Below, in pieces: positions 47,824 to 61,092 of a stretch of 64,000 bases of DNA. Position 1 is the first letter of the stretch, and each line of letters opens with the position of its first letter. The stretch spans positions 1-64,000 of the forward strand of contig JYFJ02000949.1 in NCBI GenBank assembly GCA_000934665.2. The letters run 5' to 3'. The position numbers and the translations under genes were made by a program. The DNA comes from Catajapyx aquilonaris. Lineage: Eukaryota. The notes under the pieces are model-generated. The model was given only the letters and a program-made list of their open reading frames with translations. It had not been told where the DNA came from and did not search any database.

Positions 47824-50800
47824 ATGGAGACAAACATGGATCCTTTCACACAGGTTGGGGGCTTCTAAATATAATTGGGATTAAATCTTGAACCGCTGGT
47901 TTAAAATGTTCGAAATCCGCAGCAAATGCTGGAGCGGGCCAAGGCACGACGGAAGGTGCTCAACTCCAGGATGGCCGGACTGTCCGCAGCAGCAGATCCA
48001 GCCGGATGCAAGAAGCGGACATTGTTCCAAGAGGACACCGCTGTTCCGACCAGAGATGACACCAAATGTAAGCGGTACAAGCGCAAACAATATTCTGACT
48101 AATGCGGCTTATTTGCAGACTCACCGCCCAAGCGACATTGCTTCGAGGACGACGACGACGACAAAGAGAACGAGTCCAAACCTGTGGAGTCGGACGGAAT
48201 CTACTGGTCGGCCAGCAGGAAGAAGTTGGGCCCGCTCGATGGGGTTGTTGAAGGTCCGGTACATTTCGTTGTTGTACACCAGTGGTAGTGACGTCAGATT
48301 TATTTACAGAGACGCCTGAGCCCAAGCGGGATTGGAAGGCCCGGAAGGCACGGCTTGATGCGTTGGCGAACAAGATAAACGAACGGGAGGACGATGCGAC
48401 CATTGATATTCCTGCTTGCACGGAAGCGACGCCACCTCCGCCGCCTCCGATTCCGTCGCCTGAAAAGAAGGCGGCTCATTCAGAAGGGCCGGTTGCCCAG
48501 ACGCAAAGTACGAAAGTGAGCAACCTGGTGGCCCAGCTGGAGGAAAAGGTTGGCCGAAGCAGATCTCCCAGCCCCGGAGTCAAGCCGCAGCCAACAGGTC
48601 CGCCCCAGCAGAAGTCCATGTGGGACCAGGAGCTCCTGAATGCCCTGGTGAGTTCGGGCAATAAAAGTGGTGGTGGTGGTGGACCAGGGGCAGGACACAC
48701 CTCAAGGGTGAGTCAGCCTACGTTGATGGCAAATACATGGGCTTTAATGGCACGGTTTGCAGGTAAATGTCGTGTAGCTGGGGGCCACTCTTGAGGTGTG
48801 GTCTCCTCCTGTTCTCTTCTTTCACCTTGAATGTTGCTTGGAAAGTTGATCCGGTGTATGCCCAAATTTTGTGGTGGAAGTCTTGCTGCTTGCTATTACT
48901 TTGTCGTTTCCAATCCCTTGCTTTCAGTGCATGTTCGTGAATGTTGCTTTTCAGCATTGTAGATGTTGGATTATTAATCGTATGTATTGAATTTACAGGC
49001 TTTTTTTGTATTGCCAATGTACGTTATACTTTGTATGATCGCCCGACGAATCTTAATGTGTTGATAATCGACTTTGCAAGCAGCAAGCGCAAGGCTTCCA
49101 GCCAACGCCCTCCACTTCACGCCTGGTCTACCACTACACCCAGTCGTCCCCTACCCGCCACCGCTCCCCATCCCCAGCATCCCGCCGTCCCTACCGTTCC
49201 CCATCCCCTGCGTCCCGCCCGACCCAAGCCCCTCCTTCCCCTGTCCCAGCCCCACCTTCACCCCGAGTGGTGGCAGCCCTTAAAAAGCCTCCCCAATCGG
49301 GTCGTCAGGAGGAACGCAGGAAGCAGATGGGCAGCAAGGTGGCCGAGAGAGCAGCCATGTTCGAGCGCAACCCAGGGGCGCAGGTGAACCAGGCCGCAAT
49401 GGGGAAGGACCCCAGCAAGATGAGCGTGACGGAGAGGGCCGCAATGTTCGAGAAGAAGGGAGGCGACCCACCGCCAATGCCCATTGCGTCTCTGTCGTCG
49501 CCTTTGACTCCGCAGATGCTGCAGAGAGGAACTGCGGAGAGGGGCAGCTTCAGATCAGGAGCCAACCCAACCGTGGTGCACAAGATGGCCGAGAGGAGTG
49601 TGTCGTCATCAATAGGTTAGAACCAGCTGGATACATTCGGAGCATCTTGAATATTGGCAGCAATCTGATTCTTAATGTATCTGACCGCTACTTTCAACAG
49701 TTTCATCGTATGCCGAGTCCACAATGTCCATGTCGTCTGAAGCATCATCCATGCTGTCCTCATCGGGCGTGTCCACGCTTCCATCGAACATAGGCCGTGG
49801 GACCTTCGAAGCCCAGCGGCAGCTGATGGAGCAGATGCAGAGGAGCTGGAAGGATAATGACATTGCCCGGCAGGTCCAGGAGCAGCGGAGCAAGGAGATG
49901 GCCGTGCTCATGAACCGCTGGTCACAGGACAAGGCAGACAAGGCCGCTGCCCCTCCGCCCGAGCAGCAGAAGCAGGCCTGTCCAACTCCACAGCGGCCAG
50001 CTCAGTTTTGTCCCCCTCCGCCGCCACCACTTCCTCCTGCGACAATGGAGGAGAAAGTGTCTCCAAGCAAGGCCGTGGGGGACTACCCAGGACTGAAGGA
50101 AGAGCGCCCCATACGCGTTTCTCCGCCAAAGCCTGGAAAGTTATATCCGTGCCTGTCGGACATGGAACCAAGGTATGGATCCGTTTTCATTGCCACTGGC
50201 AGATGAAACCGCTTGTCCTTTCCCCAGTTCCCCAGATTCCTCTGAGAGCGACGACGACTGCGAAGAGGCTTCACCGGACAAGAGCATGAACAGTTCCTTT
50301 GGGTTTGGCAATTCTGTGCTGCAGGCTGTCGGAGTTTCAGTCCCAGGCCCATCCAGGCTGAGCCCACAGAAGATGTCCGAAGCGGCGGTGTCGGCTGCTA
50401 TCGATGAAATACTTGATGCCAGTGACTCGGACGAGGAAGAAGAGATGCGGTTCAAGTCCCCAACGATCGCGCAGGATGAACCGGTGGACGAGACGCTGCT
50501 GCATTCCGTGAGCGTGTACCGGAAGCAGAACGCAGCTGACGCTACACCAGTGCGCCGCATCATCCGTAACCCGGATGTGAACATGGACGAGGCTGCAAAT
50601 TCGCCGCAGGTTCCGCTCCACCAGCAGATACGTGCCCTGCAAGACGAGGTTGCATCGCAGCAGCGTGTGATCGGCCAGGCATCACAGGCACTCAATGTGT
50701 GTCACGCACGTCCTGAGTTTGTCGGCTCCACCGAGCATGTCGAAGCGGAGCGTCTTCTGCTGCTGGCCTCCCTGCGCCGCACTGCTGCATTGGACGAGAT

Positions 50801-51896
50801 CCGCAGGCTGAAGACGGACGGCGGAATCGGGGAGGAAACTGTGGACATGGCCACATCCGGTCGTGGGTCATTGAGCTTCAGTGGCGTGTCCGTGCCGCTG
50901 CGACGTGACTTCTTAGCCCGTCTGGCATCTGGCGGCGACGGAGCGGCCCATCACTTTATCGCCACTGTCCGCTACCGTGGCACAGTCGTTGCCACGCAGC
51001 TTGGCACCACCACACGCGAAGGTGGCCTCCAGAACGGAAGCATCGTGTTCCCTAACCTGATGCAGCTGCGTGGCATTGAGTCTGGCTTCACCGCCATTCT
51101 GGAGATCCACAGCCTGGAGACGGCCGTCCCATCGCTAAAGAACAAGCGGACGCCCAAGAAGACCAAGCTGGTGCAGAGTCCAGCGGGACCCACCGCCGTC
51201 CGCACCCCTCAGTTCAAATGCATGGGAAGCCTGACAGTCACACTCCGTGCCCTACACGCCGCCAGAAACCAGGGCAGAGTATGGTCGCTCCAGAGGGTGC
51301 CGGCTGGTAGTCCACTGGACGGACGGGTGTCGGTGACGGTGCAGTGCCATGCTGACGACAACATGGGAGCGCTCCAGAGGGGATTCCTCACCTTGTTCCA
51401 GGTACTGTCCGCTAAGCTGTGCACCTGCGACATTGCTGATGATATTTTTATAGGAGGTTGGTGGTCTTGGGTCATGGAACCGCCGCTGGGCCTGCTTGTC
51501 CGCAGACCGCCTTGAGATGTGGACATACCCAGACGACGAGCGGGAACGAGATCCGATCGTTTCAGTTGACCTCCATCGGTGCGTGACATCCAAGGTCGGC
51601 CTAGTCGCCAGGGACATATGCGCTAGGCAGAACACAATTGTCCTGGACACCGCCAGGCACATGCGGGACGGCGATGTGGAAACACTCGTTGTGAGCTGTC
51701 ACGGCGGATGGACCAGGCAGAGGTAAATTATGACTGTTCGGTTATAGGAGCCAAGTCCTAACGTTGTTTTTACGGCAGGTACCTGCTCTCGGCTGACACG
51801 AAGGAGGAGAGGCTGGTGTGGAGCCAGCAGCTGAACCGGGCGCTGGCTAACCTCAGAGCCTGGGACCCCGATGCGACGCGGCCAGACAGCATGTGA
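47824..51896 (+). CDS. ANLN: Anillin (scraps-like), multi-exon
   Basis: [16 protein letters not shown]-terminus (conserved Met 47836); [22 protein letters not shown] repeats; [39 protein letters not shown] domain [31 protein letters not shown]. Confidence 0.95.
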
Positions 51897-52157
51897 TTTG
51901 CCGCATAATATCCACCTCAGTGATGGAGTTGGGAGTGACGAGGCCAGCCACGAGTCGTATAATTCTGTTGGCTGGTCCAGTCTTATAATTTTCAATATTC
52001 GTGCGTATGTATTATTGACCGTATTCGCTTTTTTTCCATTCTAACAAGACTTGATTGACTTGACCTTTTTTAAATGGTTTTATTTCCTTTACATGTACTT
52101 GTAACATGGGTATTTTTTAAAAAGTCTATTACAACATGTAACGGTGTTTTTTTTTGT

Positions 52158-54031
52158 TCACATCTTACGCATCTTCTTGCAACTGTTCGCAGCAGCGTCA
52201 TCCTGTTGCGGCTCAGGTTTAATTTCCGGCTGGTCGCCGTTGTTGCTCTTGGGTGGGGCTGGGCAGGATGACCCTGGGCCGACCTGTTGCTCAGCAGGCG
52301 GCTTCCATGTGCTGAGCTGCTTCAACATGCAGTTTTCCGACCAGTGGCCGAACATTACGCTCAGTAGCGCCACGCCGTATCCAGTGCTCCTCTCACCCTG
52401 AAATCAAACTAGGTTATTACCAACGACGGATCAGCAAACCACGACACTTACGCAATGCACAGGCGATGCCATATCGACATGGATCCAACTCCCGGGGAAG
52501 TCGAACCCAAGATGAGCACCGACAAACAGTCCAGCGCATGAGGGCTGTGCGTTGTTCCTGTCCGCAACCGAGTTCTTCATGTCCGCGACAGTGGAGGCGA
52601 ACTCGGAGAAGTGGAGCTCCGGGCAGAACGGGATTGGGAAGAGAAGGTCGCCCGACACGCGACTTGAGGTCAAAGCATGTCGCTCCCAGTCTTCGTTATT
52701 GCACAGGATGGCACCGTGGTATTTCCCTGTGGCTATACCCTGTGAATGAGCCGCGTTATTGCCAGTACGGATAAGACCTGAAGCAGCATACCTGTGCGCC
52801 AGTGAGTGTCGCCATGTCCACGATCACATTCGCCTTGAGGTCCCGCTGTGCATAGGCCACTCCGTCTGCCAGCACCAGCCGACCCTCTGCATCTGTATTG
52901 TTGATCTCAACAGTCCGGCCAGAATACAGCACATGGATGTCATCCGGACGTGTCGCAACAGGTCCGACTGCATTCTCGGCAAGGCAGAAGACAGCGTGGA
53001 GGTTCTGCCTGAAGCCCAACTTCACCGCGGCGTAAAAGGCACCCAGGATGGCCGCCGCACCTCCGCAGTCCCGCTTCATACCCAGCATGGACGTCTTGGT
53101 CTTCATGCTCAATCCGCCGGTGTCATACACAATCCCTTTCCCGACCCAAGCGATGGTCTGGTCCGCTTGCGACACGAAGTGGCTCAGGACCACCAGCGCA
53201 GGCGGGTTAACAGCCGCTTTTCCCACACCGAATATTCCGCCAAACCCGCGACGTAGCAGCTCCTCACCGCGTATTATGATAGGGGTGTACCCCAAGTAGC
53301 GGGACACCTACAAACGAAGCACGTTAGGTACAGCCATGAACATCAGACGAATGCAAACCTTCTGAATCTCCTTGATGAAGTCCTCCGTACTCATCTCGTT
53401 CGCAGGGGTGTCGACAATACGGGCCGCAACTTGCACCCCGTACGCGCAGTAGTGAAGGCAATCCGTTTCCTCTTCCGACAGTGGCGGTGTATTGTTGGGT
53501 CCGACCAGGATGAACTCGACCGATACTTGCCGGTCGTGATCCGCCGGCGAGAGGCCAGTCTTGCGCGAGAACAGCGGGAATGCACGGGCCACGCTGCATG
53601 CGGACGCCAGCACATCAGACCGCTCGCATATAACCTGCAAACAAGCTCATTAACACCCGGCGATTGCACACAAGCTGGACGGTACTGACAACAATGTACT
53701 CGGTGACGTTCCCTCCGCCTGATCCGCCGTTGCTGCAGTTCCGCACGATCTTGCTCAAGGCATGGCACCTAGAAGGCGTGTTGTGCCTGCTGCATTTGGA
53801 AGGCAAGGTGGCCAGAGTGGCCTGGTTCAGATACAGCGGACACACGTCCTGTCCGCTCCCCAAGGCGGACAGGTACACCTCCTCAGGCACCCTCGGCTCA
53901 AGCTTTATCCTGACGTCCTCGTACCCAAGCCGCTGCAGGTGCCGCAACTGGCCTATTATGGTCACAGGGTTCTTGCGGGGGTCGGACGGGGTCAGCGACC
54001 CAGCGAAGCGCAGGTTCACTCCCGAGGTCAT
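52158..54031 (-). CDS. NPEPL1: Probable aminopeptidase NPEPL1 (M17 family), 5 coding exons
   Basis: SDP..PVTIIGQLRHL, CSRHNTPSR, ARIVDTPANEM, WVGKGIVYDTGGLSMK, GMKRDCGGAA, NTDAEGRLVLADG, DMATLTGAQ, DMKNSVADRNNAQPSCAG. Confidence 0.96.
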
Positions 54032-54169
54032 TCTGAGGAAATAATTAGACCAAACAATATTAATTATTGTGTCAAACGTCCCGTGCAGCTGCAAGCGTAG
54101 CAGGACACCCACTCTCGCACAGCATTACGCGCATCTTACATACAAGGGAAAGCTGTTTGCTTTGTTTGT

Positions 54170-54530
54170 CCATGGCAACAGAACATGCCAGCAGTCCATG
54201 GCAACATGAGACTACATGGCAATAAGACATGCCAACAAACCATGGCAACGGTCCACGGCAACAACACATGCCAACAAAACATGAACATGGCGACAGATGA
54301 GACTACATGCCAACAATCCATGGCAACAGTCCACGGCAACAACACATGAACATGGCAACAGATGAGACTACATGGCAATAAGACATGCCAACATTACATG
54401 GCAACAGATGAGACTACGTGCCAACAATCCATCTATAGAAACAGTACATGGCAACAGTCCATGGAAACAAAACCATGAACATGGCAACATAACATGCCAA
54501 CAATTCACGGCAGCGAAACATGGCAATGGG
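54170..54530. repeat. Composite degenerate tandem repeat (CATGGCAACA / CATGCCAACA / GAGACTA)
   Basis: Directly visible upstream of the NPEPL1 ATG; explains Cys/His-rich ORFs. Confidence 0.9.
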
Positions 54531-55067
54531 CTGTGCGAAGATTGGGCTGTACCGGCTGTACCGCTACATTTTCCATCCGGTACTTCATTCTACAACCGCC
54601 TTTGTATTTATTTTTATTATTATAATTATTTTAAATATATTATTCAACTTTTCATGGGACTATCAACGGATAGTTTTTTCTTTCTTTTTCTAGTCTGATT
54701 GTTTCTGTTGATAGGGCCAGTAACCTGCCTGATAATCCGGTGTGGTGTACTAGTGGTGGGGGGATCGAAATCCCCTAAGGTCCGGGGGGGGGGCGAGACC
54801 AGGGGCGGCCCAGGGGCAGAGTAACTTGGCTTGCCCTTGAAAAGAAGAAGGAAAAGCTCGTGACGTCAAAAGCAGCCGGCAGATTCGATATTCGGCGTTT
54901 TCCAGCCGAGTGAAAGTTCGATATTCGCGATTCGCTGTAGCTGCTTTTTAGAGAGCAAGCCGCTGCGTGTTTCTCGGCCCGGCTTTTTTGTTTGATCGAT
55001 GGCGCGTAACTCGTCGTGTTCCTTTTTTGGATTTAAATAGGATTTAAAAGGCCGATTTAAAACGAAG

Positions 55068-57165
55068 ATGGCTTCGAATGAGGCGGAGGAGGATCAGGTT
55101 AATGTGCTGGGGCCTGGTGAGGTGGAGCTGTACGTGAAGTCGCTTGAATGCAGCAGACTGGAGGACTTCTGCACTCCAAGGTACGCATACAATATGATGC
55201 GATTATTATTATGGCGACAATAAAGTGTTTACCATAAAAACAAATTGTACTTGTTGCACTAAAGCGTGCGGCTAATTAACATAATAATTAATGTGCAGAT
55301 GGTGGCAGCATTTCAAGAGGCTCCAGGAGCTGGGGGTGCAAGCGGCCTTGGAGGCACAGCAGTTGCGACACGAGGACGTCAAAGAGACACTTGTCTCTGA
55401 GAATAAGGTTTGGCATTAATTTCATATAAAGTAACACCGGATTGTAATTAATGTACTTGCAGCTGGCGGTGTTAGTGAACGAAGCAATTGCCGGTGAGAT
55501 TTGGACGGAGCACGTATGGGCTGAGCTGCAAGAGGACGATGAGGAAGAGAGCGCGAAGAATGGGTTTCTGGTAGACCTCATTGTAAGTAAAGCTAATTAG
55601 TGACATAATTATTGACTCGTTGTGAGCACTGCACTTGTTGGCCAATTAAAATTATTAATCACACTGTACACTAATTTGCAACAATTATTATTGCCTCGTA
55701 CCGAGTACATCATCTGTTGGCCAATTACAAAATTATGAATCGTACTGAACATTAATTTGCAATGTAATTATGGAGTCGCAAGTACAAGTTGGACAATTAG
55801 AATTAAAAATTATAAATAGTACCGAACATTGATTTGCAACGTAATTATTGTGTCGCGAGTAGGAGTTGGCTACTGACAATAATTAAAAATTATCAATCGT
55901 GCTAAACACTAATTTGCAACATAATTTTTGCTTAATTGCGAGTATGGTACAGCATATCATTCGGTTGGACTCCAATTTATTACAAACTCTGAATCGCACA
56001 GAATTGCGTGTACACAAATGTATAGCATAATCACTGTGAATGCAACATGTGTCAGACAATAATTAAAATTATGAATCGTGCTGAACACTAATTAACAGCA
56101 TAATTATTGCAATTACAGCCACACCATGAGGCTGCGGCTGTTGCCCTGTTGTCTCTGGCCCTGTACCATCCGGACGCTTGCAACACTTTGTCCTCGGCTG
56201 CGGGTGACCTGGCGGACTACTGCTGCCGTCGCCTGACCCTGGAAGTATCCCGGGACTCCACCGAAATCTCCACTGGAACCGAGCTGTCGGTCCAGATATC
56301 CCGAGCGTGCTGCGCCATCGCTCGTTACCTATCAGAAGCCGTGGACCTCCTGACTCCATCTGTCGCCTCGACCTTCCTTCGCGACTGGGACTTCCCCCTG
56401 ATGCTGTGCTCTCTAATAAAGCAGCACCTGAACTCGGAGGAGTACCGCCGACTCGAGGCGAAAGAGGAAGGACGTGTGGCTCAAACCGAGGTGCAGCTGT
56501 GGCTTGCACTTCACTCGCTGCTGCTCTCACGCTCATGCGTATCCACGTATGACCTGAGCGACACAGCCAGGCGTGATGCGCTTCAGGGCATCAAGTTCAG
56601 GCTGCACCAGGACCGTCTTGTGGATCAGATACCGGTTATGGTGGACCTGCGAGTGTGGATTGACCAGCTGATGGCTGGAGCTGTTGGAGGCGATGCAGGC
56701 GGGGATACTACAGCAAGACGGGTGGCCAGCATGGTGCAGGAGGTGCCTGGTATTGTGGCTGGGCTCCTGAAGCCGTATGACAAAGGCTGGAACGGGTATG
56801 TATCAGGAGGGGTACGTTGATGGCTTCATAGCGTACTGGTACGTTGCAGGCTGGTGTCACGACAGAGGTTGCTCCTGCAGGGTATGTCGCAGGATGAGCG
56901 CATGTCTCTAGCACAGTCAATGTCCGGCGTGTACTCAAGCGAGTGCATAGAGCGATTCCTCCCTCGCCCCAAGTGCGTCAAGTGCGGTGAGATTGCAAAG
57001 AGCAGGTGCTCCAGGTGCAAGGCCGAGTGGTACTGCAGGAGGTACGTACATTGCAGGGAGTGTACGACATGTATGCGGTATTTAACCGGTTGCCGTTGCA
57101 GGCAATGCCAAGTGGAGCACTGGCCGAAGCACAAGAAGATGTGCGACCTGGTCTGCGAGCAGTGA
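55068..57165 (+). CDS. ZMYND10: Zinc finger MYND domain-containing protein 10 (BLU), 6 exons
   Basis: VLGPGEVELYVKSL..W..LQELGVQA..VKETLVS..KLAVLVNEAIAGEIW..HHEA..DLADYCCRRL..QLWLAL..LVDQIP; C-terminal MYND CVKC..CSRC..WYCRRQCQVEHWPKHKKMC. Confidence 0.93.
55635..56110. repeat. ~75-90 bp degenerate tandem repeat (~6 copies) in ZMYND10 intron 3
   Basis: Recurring GTTGG..AATTAAAATTAT.AATCGT.CTGAACA.TAATTTGCAA. Confidence 0.8.
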
Positions 57166-57343
57166 TCATGTTATAATTTATGCATAATAAACGTTGATTA
57201 TTTATGCGTAATTAATATTTCTGTATGCCAGTATGCGTATAATTAATATGTTATTGTGCTATTATTCATAGTGCATGCGTAAATGTACACTACAACTCCG
57301 CATTTCCTGTTTACATATTGAATGCAATTGTTTGTGCTACTAC

Positions 57344-57515
57344 TGCCCCCATTTAGTTAATCATTAATGGCTAATTAAATCAGTGAGCGTATACAGTACC
57401 GGCCATTTAGGATACGGTAGCCGGTCGTTTGCATCGCGACCACTAGATGGGAGTGTGAGCAGCAAAGGTTGCCAGCTGCATCGCCCTCCTGTGCAGCTTC
57501 ACCCGGCAACTGTGA
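57344..57515 (+). promoter_or_regulatory. Diverged copy of the RpS12 promoter/first-exon region
   Basis: Colinear similarity to 60688-60892 (GGATACGGTAGCC, AGATGG, GAGCAGCAAAGGT.GCCAGCTGC, GGCAACTGTGA). Confidence 0.7.
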
Positions 57516-58761
57516 CACCCAGACAGACAGACGCTCGACAGACAGACCCGAACGTGGACCCGAAGGAACAAGGAATCTTCCCTAGGCAGCTTCAGGGTCT
57601 TTCGTTTGGAGCCTGGCGCCCAGTGTGCGGCCCACCCAGGGACACCAAAGGGAAGCGAGTCATAGTCCGACAAGGTCAATAATTATTATTGGCTGACACC
57701 TTCACAAGTTTGTAAGTTGGAATAATATTGGTCTCATTGCAAGACATGGGCTTTATAACCAGAGCTGTCAGGACTTGGAAAATATTGAAATTTATTGCTG
57801 TGTGGCTCTTGCAGACTGCCACGCTGCTGTCGCTCTTTGTGGCATGATAATTTTAGTTAATTGTGGAGCTGGGTGCTTATTCTGGGCTATGCAACTGCAA
57901 AATTACTGTAGGTTTTGTGGCTTTGCCATGCTGAGATATACCCAGGTGTCACAAGCATTCGATTTCTCCCTCTAAATTGGGGGGAGTCTGGCTATAGGGA
58001 AGCTGACGCTTGCTTCACGTGCTGTAGATCTTCCCAGGCTTGATGGGGGAAGAGGAAGTAAGGCCAGCAGCAACTTAATTACGTCCTCTAATTTCTCAAT
58101 TTGCTTCTGGGCCTATTTGATGGCTGCATTGTTTTCAGTCACTACTTCTATCAGCTGGGTTAGTTTAGTAGAAGCATCAGTCATAAATCGCAGGAAATTG
58201 AGCAGAATCTGCATGGTCAGCCAAATCATCCTCCAGTATGGTCCTCCGTTCGTAGGCACACTGTGGTTCCTCGAGGGTAGGCCATAATAATTACGTCCTC
58301 CCAAGAGGGGAAACCCTCCATTGTTGAAGAGTAATCATTTTCCTCAGAAAAAGGAAGGCTGTTACGTCCTCTGTGTGGCTTATCCAAGTTTCACATTTGG
58401 CATTTGACGGTTAACTTAAGTTTTTCAGCTATTTAGGGCGTGCTAGGTCGCCACGGTTGACCCCCCATGACTGTGTCTGTACCCAGCCTGCAGATTGTGG
58501 GGGAAGAAGTAACCTCACCAAGTAACCTCGATTGTAACTTCAATGAGGAAAAGTCTGCAAGGGATATAGGGAATATAGTTTTATTTTGACAAGTTTCATA
58601 TGTTTGGTTAACTTGCGTCTCCCTTCATCGCTGACTATACCCCTCATAGGGATATGTCATGATGGTGCTAATGTTGTTGGTTTTTTGTCAACAGCATTGA
58701 AAAAGCTGAATTAACGTTAACAAGAAGATGGGAATTTTCTCCAGATGGGTGTGTAATATGC

Positions 58762-59844
58762 ATGCAGGAGGTTGTGGGTTACCCCTTAGGAAGGCCAGAC
58801 CTTTCACATCCACGATATAGTGGTAGGTCAATGCTTAAAGAAGTTGATTGCCTCCATTACAGGATGATGTCCCAGCAGCAAGTTGGCCATGTGCAAGCAG
58901 TCCCATCAGCATGCCTGATTTGGGCCATCCCAAATCCTTCAATTATCGTGAATTTGGACAAGCCGTTATATTCTCCATTTTTTTCAACCTACCCTGAGAT
59001 TCCCTGCAGTTGGAGTTTGGCTGTTGCCCAACAGAAACCACATTTCTCTGTTCACGTTTGGTACCGTTCTCAAGCAAAGAAAGAAGACAAAGTTGTTGCG
59101 TTACTTGAGCTGGGGATTGTAAGCAAAGACCTTCACACTTGTAATGTTCACAATAAGCAGGTGGATCCTTCAACTAGAGGTACTGTCTTCTCACAGTATC
59201 AGAATCTTGAGCATCTGCTCCTTAATTCAGATGTGTGGATGCCAAATAACACTTTAACTTTGCAACTGAAGGTCATTTGGCACCATCCCAGTACCAATGC
59301 TCCATCACTTGTGAGAGTGGGAGATGACATGTTCCAATTGTATACATCTAGAAACCTAACAGATGTAACACTTGTGTCCAAGGACAAGAAGGAAATATGT
59401 GCCCATAAGGCAGTCCTTGGTGCTCGAAGTGGAGTATTTGCTGCCATGTTCAGCAGTGACATGGTGGAGAAGAAAACTGGTAAGGTAGAGATCATAGACT
59501 TTGACGCATGTGTCCTTGAGGAGATGCTGTACTATATGTACACAGATAAGCAGCCAAAAAATTTCTTCTCTTTAGTAGCTAAACTTCTTGTTGCTGCTGA
59601 CAAGTATGATGTGGCAGGGCTGAAGAGCATGTGTGAAAATGCTATCATGCAGCCCATGTCACTTGACAAGATAGTGCCAACTATAGCTGTTGCTATGCGA
59701 GGCAATTCTAAAGAGTTGAAGCAGCACTGTATTCGGAATGCTGTAAAATTGCTTCCAGAGTGGAAGCCTAGCGACTATTGGAAGGATGCCTTAACCCTTC
59801 CTCCAGACATACTGCTTGAAATACTGGGGGCAACAGTGAAGTAA
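58762..59844 (+). CDS. SPOP-like MATH-BTB protein, single coding exon (start may be ATG 58864)
   Basis: BTB motifs LTDVTLV..ICAHKAVLGARSGVFAAMFSSDMVE..VEIIDFD..LEEMLYYMYTD..LLVAADKYDVAGLKSMCE; degenerate MATH-like region (LYSPFF..W.L..MPNNTLTLQL). Confidence 0.88.
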   Translation: MQEVVGYPLGRPDLSHPRYSGRSMLKEVDCLHYRMMSQQQVGHVQAVPSACLIWAIPNPSIIVNLDKPLYSPFFSTYPEIPCSWSLAVAQQKPHFSVHVWYRSQAKKEDKVVALLELGIVSKDLHTCNVHNKQVDPSTRGTVFSQYQNLEHLLLNSDVWMPNNTLTLQLKVIWHHPSTNAPSLVRVGDDMFQLYTSRNLTDVTLVSKDKKEICAHKAVLGARSGVFAAMFSSDMVEKKTGKVEIIDFDACVLEEMLYYMYTDKQPKNFFSLVAKLLVAADKYDVAGLKSMCENAIMQPMSLDKIVPTIAVAMRGNSKELKQHCIRNAVKLLPEWKPSDYWKDALTLPPDILLEILGATVK

Positions 59845-61092
59845 CAGTGCTCCTGTAGGAAAAGCCCTGGGCGTGGAAAAGGTCTGGACAATTGGGGGAG
59901 GATGAGGGTTATTATGCTGGGCCCCAATCAAGTGGGCTAAGCGACACTTGCGCAAGTCGAGAGATTTATTATATTTAGAGAGAAAAGTCTGTATGATCAG
60001 GATACTTTTCCTTCAAAAAATAATAAATCTGTGACTTGTATCATACAAGCATCGGCTAGCACACTTGCGCGTTAAATAATTGCAGCGCACGCTATTTGAT
60101 TTTTAGTTTCGCCATCATTGGTAAAGTAGCATTCAACGACACCATTGCTCTTGAAATGAAGTACTTTGTAGTGTAATTAAATTTAGTGAACTTATAAAAA
60201 GGGACGCCAAGATATTTGTAATTTGTTGCAATTATAAGGGGTCAAATTAAACTATCTTTAGCAGAAAGTCATCCTCCCTGTCTGAAAATCAAAACTTGGG
60301 GTTTGTCCACGTCCATGGACAATCAAAAATTCCGTCCAGATACTGTGCAAGTGCATCTATCTGCCTTTGTAAACATAAACGATTTTGTACCAATAAAACA
60401 ATGTCGTGTGCATGTTGCATAAAGTGTCGTGTCTCGAGAGTTTGGCCCAAAATGTACGCCAGATAATCCCTCTAGGTCCAAGATTTAAGTCCGCCATGAA
60501 TATATTTAATAAATCCGGCACCTTGTAATGCCCCAATCTTAATAGGAATATCACTCACTGAAATTATTGCCTGATCGAACAGTCATCGGATTAAATTCAA
60601 AAAAAATTTATCATTGCCTGTTTAGCACAAAAAGCTGCTCAAAATATTTAACTCTGCATTGCCTTTTTATATAAATTCCTTTTTTTTGTGCCATTAGCTA
60701 GTTGCCCATTAATTGCAAATTAAATCTGCGAGCGTGTGTGTACAGTAGCGGCCACTTCGGATACGGTAGCCCGTGGTTTGCTATCCGACCGCCAGATGGC
60801 ATTAGGAGCAGCAAAGGTGGCCAGCTGCGTGGCTCAAAATGTGGCAACGCTGCATCTCCACGTTGAGCTGCTCCTTCATCTGGCAACTGTGAGTTCCGGT
60901 CTCAGAAGAAGAATCGAACAAGGGGGAAGGAAAAGGAAGCGTGGAAGGCTCTCATCGTGAGTATCGGGGGCCATCGGGGCAGCCCCGGGGCCAACCGCCC
61001 TCGCAAACACACCGGGGGGAGTCGGCACCGCCACGGCTAACCACCCCGTACCTTTCACTTTTCAGGAGGAAACCGATTCGGACTGACTAACC

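Noticed and set aside
54072..54698. Cys/His-rich short ORFs
   Set aside because: Products of the CATGGCAACA tandem repeat.
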